DNA from: Dehalococcoidia bacterium
GTDB taxonomy: Bacteria > Chloroflexota > Dehalococcoidia > Plut-88900
Assembly: GCA_965249275.1 (NCBI GenBank)
Contig: CBDFLQ010000005.1
Span: 709,857-773,856, forward strand
Length of the DNA stretch: 64,000 nucleotides
Direction: 5' to 3'
Under the pieces are notes generated by a model, which was not told the DNA's origin, did no database searches, and saw only the letters and a list, made by a program, of their open reading frames with translations. Below are positions 58,523-64,000 of this stretch, one piece after another; the stretch's first letter is position 1; every line of letters begins with the position of its first letter. The position numbers were made by a program, and so were the translations under genes.

Positions 58523-59473
58523 CTATCTGAACTCCGGCATAATTTTGCGGGCGAAGGTTGTGAGGGACTCGAGGGGGTAGGGGGAGCGCATGGTCAAGAT
58601 AATGTGCTGGGTCCCGATTTCGGAGTGGCCGCGGACCCAGTCGCGGATGGCGTCCATATCCCCTACCACTCCGCCGTTCCCTCGTGCCACCATCTGCTCC
58701 GGCATGGTCTTGGAAAGCCGGTCCATCCACCAGTTCCAGTCGTCCATCTTTTCCGGTGGGATGAAGGCGGCGTTGACGGTCTTTTCGATCTGGGAGGGGT
58801 CACGCCCGACGTTGCGGCAGTGTTCTTCGAGGACTCGGTATTTATGGGCGGCTATCTCGGGGGTGCCGTAGATATTCATCATGTCGGCCCACTTGGCAGC
58901 GACCTTGAGGGTGCGCTTCTCGCCGCCTCCAGCGATGAGGATGGGGGGGTGGGGCTGTTGGACGGGTTGAGGGTCGAAGGGGGCGTTAGTGAGGGAATAG
59001 TACTTGCCAGCGAAGTTTACGGGCTCGTCGCTGGTCCAGAGCTTCTTGATGAGTTCTACGGACTCGTCGAGGCGGCTGATCCTCTCGCCGACAGTGTAGA
59101 AGGGGAAGTCGTAAGCGGTATGCTCCATCTCGAACCACCCGGCTCCGATGCCGAAGATGAGGCGTCCGCCGCTGATGATATCGACGGTAGTAGCGGACTT
59201 GGCCAAGAGGACAGGGTTGCGGTAGGTGTTGCCCGTAACCATAGGGCCGATGGTGACGTTCTTGGTCATGCGGGCCAAAGCCCCGAGAAGGGCCCAGGCC
59301 TCTAGGCACGGGCCTTCATTGCGGGCGGGGTCGGAGGGAATAAGGTGGTCGTGACACCAGAGGGAGTCGAAGCCCAGCTCCTCGATTAGGACGGCAGCCT
59401 CTTCAATCTCGGGCCAAGTGACGCGTTCCTGGCCTACAGAAACGCCGAACTTCATACGGGGCTTGGTAGTCAT
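58523..59473 (-). CDS. LLM class F420-dependent oxidoreductase
   Basis: GFDSLW..DH, GNTYRNP..LAK and IAGGGEKRTL. Confidence 0.92.
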   Translation of the reverse strand: MTTKPRMKFGVSVGQERVTWPEIEEAAVLIEELGFDSLWCHDHLIPSDPARNEGPCLEAWALLGALARMTKNVTIGPMVTGNTYRNPVLLAKSATTVDIISGGRLIFGIGAGWFEMEHTAYDFPFYTVGERISRLDESVELIKKLWTSDEPVNFAGKYYSLTNAPFDPQPVQQPHPPILIAGGGEKRTLKVAAKWADMMNIYGTPEIAAHKYRVLEEHCRNVGRDPSQIEKTVNAAFIPPEKMDDWNWWMDRLSKTMPEQMVARGNGGVVGDMDAIRDWVRGHSEIGTQHIILTMRSPYPLESLTTFARKIMPEFR

Positions 59474-59518
59474 GGCGAGGCCTTTCGGGGGTGGGGTGGT
59501 GTGGGGGGATTATAGCGT

Positions 59519-59923
59519 TCAGGTTAAGGGAAGTGGAAGCAGGAATTCGCACCGTGTTCCACTGGCTCTGGCTAATCTCGCGTCGAGCGTGGCCAGGGGA
59601 CAATCCATAGACTCCGCCATCGCCACATACCACGCATCGTAGGGGGTCAGGTTGAAGCGTAGTTCCCAGACTCGTTGGGCGTAGGGGGCAAATGGGTACA
59701 GGTCAACTCGCAGTGAACGGGCTCGTTCGAAGGCTCCACTAGCTGCCAAACTCGATAAGTGGCCCTGAAACTCAAGGCGTCGTAACCCGTTAGCTGTTTC
59801 GGTCAAGAGGAATGCGGGCGCCATAATTTGCTCATCTTCCAATACGTCTGCCGCCCACACGCCTTCCGCACTCGAGCGCACAAGGGCTCCGATCAGTGCT
59901 GAGGAGTCTAGGACAACGGTCAA
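59519..59923 (-). CDS. vapC: VapC PIN-domain toxin
   Basis: VVLDSS, E..N.LR, YDA.YVA.AE and L.TLD.RL. Confidence 0.9.
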   Translation of the reverse strand: MTVVLDSSALIGALVRSSAEGVWAADVLEDEQIMAPAFLLTETANGLRRLEFQGHLSSLAASGAFERARSLRVDLYPFAPYAQRVWELRFNLTPYDAWYVAMAESMDCPLATLDARLARASGTRCEFLLPLPLT

Positions 59924-60156
59924 CCTCTGTCCGCGTCCCTAGCCTCAAGAATTGCCGATACAGGAATGTCGAGCTCCTGAGTCTTCTTCCACTCGCGCAC
60001 TTCCCTCACCCACTCTGCTACCGACGGGCGAGAAAGGATCCGCTCAAGCTCCCCCATCAGGTACTTCTGCAAGGACTGCCCCTGCTCAGAGGCCCGAGAC
60101 GCCAATTCGTCCCGCATTTCCTCGGGCACGTCTCTAATTGTGATCTTGACTGCCAT
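59920..60156 (-). CDS. FitA/VapB-like ribbon-helix-helix antitoxin
   Basis: ITIRDVP.E....L..RA...GQSL..YL and C-terminal R.ADR; overlaps vapC. Confidence 0.85.
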   Translation of the reverse strand: MAVKITIRDVPEEMRDELASRASEQGQSLQKYLMGELERILSRPSVAEWVREVREWKKTQELDIPVSAILEARDADRG

Positions 60157-60293
60157 GCCAGCATTATGGCGGCATAGATGCCATGACGCAACGTATAAAC
60201 TCGAAGCCCTGAGTCCCGCCTCGACCTTTGATTGCCACATTGAAATCCGTTAAAGTTAATCCGCATCAGAAATTATCCTTGGAACTCGCCCGA

Positions 60294-60806
60294 ATGGACC
60301 TCAAGAAATACATCGCCGACGTGCCGGACTTTCCGAAGTCAGGCATTCTCTTTCGTGACATCACCCCTCTCCTTCAATATCCACCAGCGTTCCGATATGC
60401 TCTCGACCTTATCAAGCAGGGCATTGAGGGGAACAGTATCGACGCTTTCGCGGCGATAGACGCTCGGGGCTTCCTGATAGCGGCGCCACTGGCCCTGGAA
60501 ATGGACAAACCACTGTTGCCGGTCAGGAAAGAAGGGAAGCTGCCGAGGGAGACGGTGAAGGTGAGCTACGACCTGGAATACGGGTCCAATTCCATGGAAT
60601 TGCATCGAGATGCGGTTTCGGTGGGGGAGCGGGTGCTGGTAGTCGACGACCTGTTGGCGACGGGGGGCACGGCGGAGGCGACAGTGAGGCTGGTGGAGGA
60701 GTTGGGTGGAGTGGTGGCGGGACTGGCGTTCCTGGTCGAGCTCAAGGACTTGGGAGGTCGAGACCGTATCAAGGGTTATCCGATAACAACCGTCATCGAA
60801 TATTAG
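60294..60806 (+). CDS. apt: adenine phosphoribosyltransferase
   Basis: PDFPK.GI.FRDITPLL, ARGF, RK.GKLP, YDLEYG and VDDLLATGGT. Confidence 0.97.
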   Translation: MDLKKYIADVPDFPKSGILFRDITPLLQYPPAFRYALDLIKQGIEGNSIDAFAAIDARGFLIAAPLALEMDKPLLPVRKEGKLPRETVKVSYDLEYGSNSMELHRDAVSVGERVLVVDDLLATGGTAEATVRLVEELGGVVAGLAFLVELKDLGGRDRIKGYPITTVIEY

Positions 60807-60940
60807 GGGGGCGGGAAAACACCCGCCCCCTTCCATTTTGGGGACTCTTAGACAAATCAAGGGTGAGACTAAGGAGGGGGCAGAACAAGCGGAGTTGGGA
60901 CACGGTCCCAAGGCGCGGGAAAGGCTGACTGAACAGGGAT

Positions 60941-61687
60941 ATGAGAAACAGCGCAATAGAAGGCATCACTTTCGACCTGTGGAACACGCTGATAGTGGAC
61001 GTGGCGGGGGGTGGTGTGGCCCGGGCGAAGAAGCGAATCGATGCGACGACAGACATCTTGTCAGAGTACGGGGTGGACAGCACAAGGGAGAAGGTGGCGA
61101 AGGTCTACTGGGACTCACAGCAGAAGTTTGAGAACGTTCGGATACGGGGCCTGGACACCGCATTCGAAGTGCAACTCGACGACTTCCTGGACTCGATAGA
61201 GCCGGGCCTTTCGAAATCGCTGGTGACCGAAGGGAAGGAGCGGGTGTCGGAGAGGCACCTGAATGCGTTTCTCGAGCATCCTCCGGCATTGATGCCGGGA
61301 GTATTGGAGACCCTCTCCACACTCACCGATGAAGGGTACAAGATCGCGTTGATATGTAACTCGGGGACGACGCCGGGCAGCCTGGCCCGTAAGTTCCTCG
61401 CAGACATCGGGATCGCTCAGTACCTGAGGCACCTCACCTTTTCGGACGAGGAAAGACTGGCCAAGCCCGCGCCCAGCTTATTCCTGGATACCCTAGAGGC
61501 CATAGGGGTTCAGGCTGAGAGCTCGGTGCACGTAGGGGACAGGCCGGAGACGGACATACTGGGGGCGCAACGGGTCGGGATGCGGGCGGTGCTGATAGGC
61601 GGAGCTAACTGGGACCACGTACCTGCGACGCCGGACGCCTGCGTGGCCCAGCTGGCGGAGTTGCCGGGGGCATTGGCCGGGTTGTAG
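60941..61687 (+). CDS. HAD family hydrolase
   Basis: FDLWNTL, ICN, KP.P..F and HVGD...DI.GA. Confidence 0.9.
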   Translation: MRNSAIEGITFDLWNTLIVDVAGGGVARAKKRIDATTDILSEYGVDSTREKVAKVYWDSQQKFENVRIRGLDTAFEVQLDDFLDSIEPGLSKSLVTEGKERVSERHLNAFLEHPPALMPGVLETLSTLTDEGYKIALICNSGTTPGSLARKFLADIGIAQYLRHLTFSDEERLAKPAPSLFLDTLEAIGVQAESSVHVGDRPETDILGAQRVGMRAVLIGGANWDHVPATPDACVAQLAELPGALAGL

Positions 61688-61710
61688 GGGGGACGCCTGC
61701 CACAGGCAAG

Positions 61711-62736
61711 CTATTGGGTGGGGAGGGGTGGCTGCCACCAGGATGGGGTCTCGGTGATTTCGATTTCGATGACCCACTTTACCCATTCGAAGCCGCGTCG
61801 GCCTGGGGCCACCAGGCGAACTGGAAAGCCGTGGCCGTGGGACAACCGCTCGCCGGTGACGTGGGTAGCCAACAGGAAGTGTTGGGCGTCGTCGAGGGGG
61901 AAGCGCCTATAATAGCCGGTCACCGAGCGCACCAGGACACTGCGCGTAGTGTCAGAAGGGCCGACCTGAGACAGGACTCGGGAGAGGGGGACACCGTCCC
62001 AGCGCTGTTTGGAAAACCAACCTCCAGTGCAGTCGATGGTTGCGGTCTCTTCGGATAGGCGGGTGAGGTCTGCGTAGGTGAGCGTGAATTCATTTTCCAC
62101 TTCGCCGAAGATTCTTAGCGACCAGGTGTCGGGGTTGATGGGTTGGGGGCGGTCGTTGAGCCAGGAGACAACTGGGTAGTCGTTGCCAGAAAAACTGGCT
62201 GCTTCGTAAGACCCGGTGAAGCGCCTGGCAGACCCGGCTAGCGACCCCGCCCGAGATATGCCTTCGGAAAGCTGCCAAGCTGCGAAGCCCACAACAGCCA
62301 GGCCGCCGATCCTGAGCACTGACCGGCGCTCGGCCCAGAAGGATATGGGCGGGCCCCGGAACATGTACCAGCCGTGCCAGAGAAGCAGGGGAGCAAGCAC
62401 GACTCCGGCGTAGATGTGCCAGCTCAGACCACTGAACATCCACCAACTGAAATCACCGAAGATGGACCATACGAGCCCTAGGGCCAAAGTCACGGCCAGT
62501 ACGACTGCAAGGGCCAGGGATGCGATACGAACGGGTCTCTTCTTCGGCCACTTGAAGGATCGGGCGATGTTGGCCACTTTCCAGGCCAGCACGGCGAGGA
62601 TGCCGTAGCCGGAGACTCGGTGGAGCTGGATGTATATGGCGCGGTCTTGAGAGCCGGAGATTAGGCCGAAGAAGCCTGAGAGCATGTCGGCGAGGATGAA
62701 GAGGAGGAGGAGGATGTTGGCCCAAGGGTAGCGCAT
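61711..62736 (-). CDS. membrane-anchored molybdopterin-dependent oxidoreductase (sulfite oxidase/MsrP-like)
   Basis: N-terminal TM segments with His; DCTGGW, W.GV.L, HG.PVRLV.P...G..WVKW. Confidence 0.88.
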   Translation of the reverse strand: MRYPWANILLLLFILADMLSGFFGLISGSQDRAIYIQLHRVSGYGILAVLAWKVANIARSFKWPKKRPVRIASLALAVVLAVTLALGLVWSIFGDFSWWMFSGLSWHIYAGVVLAPLLLWHGWYMFRGPPISFWAERRSVLRIGGLAVVGFAAWQLSEGISRAGSLAGSARRFTGSYEAASFSGNDYPVVSWLNDRPQPINPDTWSLRIFGEVENEFTLTYADLTRLSEETATIDCTGGWFSKQRWDGVPLSRVLSQVGPSDTTRSVLVRSVTGYYRRFPLDDAQHFLLATHVTGERLSHGHGFPVRLVAPGRRGFEWVKWVIEIEITETPSWWQPPLPTQ

Positions 62737-62892
62737 GAGGGTTCCTGCGGCAGATGTATAGAGGGGCTAACCAATTATACGTGTCGGGCGCCGACGGATC
62801 CGTCCACCACTCTGCAGTCACCGGACAACGTAGACCCTAAAAGGAGTCAAGCAGAACGGCGGGCTAGAAGGAAATCCGTTGCCGGGCTTGTA

Positions 62893-63300
62893 TTAGCCGA
62901 TGAGGTTTTCGACGGACTCTCTGACTGAGGCAGCGGCAAGGGCGTTGTCGAGGGTTGCGATTCTGGCTTGGCGTCGTAGAGCGGTCTCAAGATAGGCGGC
63001 ATCGTAGACGGTGAGTTGGTGACGCCTTGCCAATGCGAGAACGACTTCTTCGTTGTGCTCCCTGTCTATTACGATGCCAAGAGCGTCAAGTCGACTGAGG
63101 AAGTGTCCGGTATCCTGGGATTCGATGCGCCCTCGCCGTTCGGCACGGACAAGGATGTTGCGGACCTCATACCAGAAAATTCCCGGTACGATAGCCTGCT
63201 CTCCAGCAATGAGGGATGCTACATTGTCTACAGCCTCGGGGGTCTCCTCGTCGGGAAAGCACCAAGCCAGGGCCACGGACGCGTCTATGACGATGGCCAC
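62893..63300 (-). CDS. vapC: VapC PIN-domain toxin
   Basis: IVIDAS...W...DE, EV.N.L, LT.YDAAYLE.A and ATLD..L. Confidence 0.9.
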   Translation of the reverse strand: MAIVIDASVALAWCFPDEETPEAVDNVASLIAGEQAIVPGIFWYEVRNILVRAERRGRIESQDTGHFLSRLDALGIVIDREHNEEVVLALARRHQLTVYDAAYLETALRRQARIATLDNALAAASVRESVENLIG

Positions 63301-63455
63301 TAATACCGACCTTCGTCCCGCATCCTCCTGATCTCATCTCGCGATACCTTGGGGCGTTTTCCTCTCTCAGCCAGCATCTTATTTGCGAGTGACAAACGCC
63401 TTGCTTCCTCGATTGCGAGGGAGTCTCTAACTTTGGGGCTCTTGTTTGCAACCAT
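63300..63455 (-). CDS. short VapB-like antitoxin (51 aa)
   Basis: Manual translation MVANKSPK...EIRRMRDEGRY*; the stop overlaps the vapC GTG and the C-terminus resembles VapC-associated antitoxins. Confidence 0.6.
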   Translation of the reverse strand: MVANKSPKVRDSLAIEEARRLSLANKMLAERGKRPKVSRDEIRRMRDEGRY

Positions 63456-63546
63456 TTACTCGACCATCCGGGCAGTCGCAAATTCAGCAGATTTCAGCCG
63501 ACCACCCACAAGGCATTTTACCCTCATCGGGAAGGAGCGATGAAGC

Positions 63547-64000
63547 CTAGTTCACTATCTCGGCGAGTTTCATGTCTATGACCTCATCCCAAGAGTAGTC
63601 GCAGATCTCTGTGAGGACCTCTTCGGTGTGCTGGCCGAGGTCAGGGGCGGGCATCCGCAGCTTACCGGGGGTCTTGCTCAGCTTGACGGGGAGGCCGACG
63701 TAGTGGAGCTTGCCCTTGTTGGGGTGGTCAAGCTCGGCGATGAACTCGTTTTCGAGGACGTGGGGGTCGTTGATGACCTCGGTGTACCTGCGGAGGCGGG
63801 CCCAGGGTAGGTCTGTCGAATCAAGAGCCGGAGCCCAGTGCTCGATGGTCTCCTCGGCGAAGCGGGCACGTAGGATTTCGTATAGGTCGGGGGGAGTTGC
63901 CGTTGGTACGCTTGGCTTGGGTGTCGAAGCGGGGGTCGGTTTCCAGGCCGGGCGAGCCTACGGCCTGGCAGAGGCAGCCCCATTCCTCGTCGGTGCCCTC
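63547..64000 (-). pseudogene. class III CoA-transferase C-terminal part with a +1 frameshift (pseudogene or sequencing error); N-terminus outside the window
   Basis: W..LC.A.G...L.TDPRF.T frame and DP....N...DHP..G...P.LGQHTEEVL frame are offset by 1 nt at the G6 run 63889-63894. Confidence 0.75.

Noticed and set aside
1-64000. CRISPR array, tRNA/rRNA genes, prophage, integrase or transposase
   Set aside because: No regularly spaced repeat-spacer array, tRNA cloverleaf, rRNA signature or mobility protein was recognised

Overview
GC-rich bacterial chromosomal window, G-rich on the + strand, with a gene content typical of Chloroflexota Dehalococcoidia and most like the SAR202 cluster (inference). 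It has ten luciferase-like/F420-type monooxygenase (LLM) paralogs, class III CoA-transferases, amidohydrolases, a Rieske oxygenase and deazaflavin nitroreductases. Housekeeping genes include proB, proA, mnmG, apt, an aspartate aminotransferase and NfeD/SPFH. There are also three tandem orphan ABC solute-binding lipoproteins, about seven type II toxin-antitoxin loci and a dense set of nested REP/MITE repeats. The most unusual signal is a three-copy family of large, apparently non-coding elements at about 341-1106 (-), 5990-6723 (+) and 24540-25724 (-). Each has the same sigma70-type promoter with a LexA-box-like site, a conserved C-rich leader and a long-range closing stem. That stem encloses a 370-460 nt hairpin-rich core that is unalignable between copies except for one 16-nt motif. 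One copy lies between 65-bp duplications of the proA start, suggesting mobility. Other notable features are a conserved SD/4-codon uORF hairpin leader before each of the three SBP genes, a HicAB cassette between 146-bp direct repeats, REPs inserted in frame in mnmG, and an unannotated 14-codon ORF within a structured small RNA. All functional calls come from motif recognition by eye; no database searches were run.
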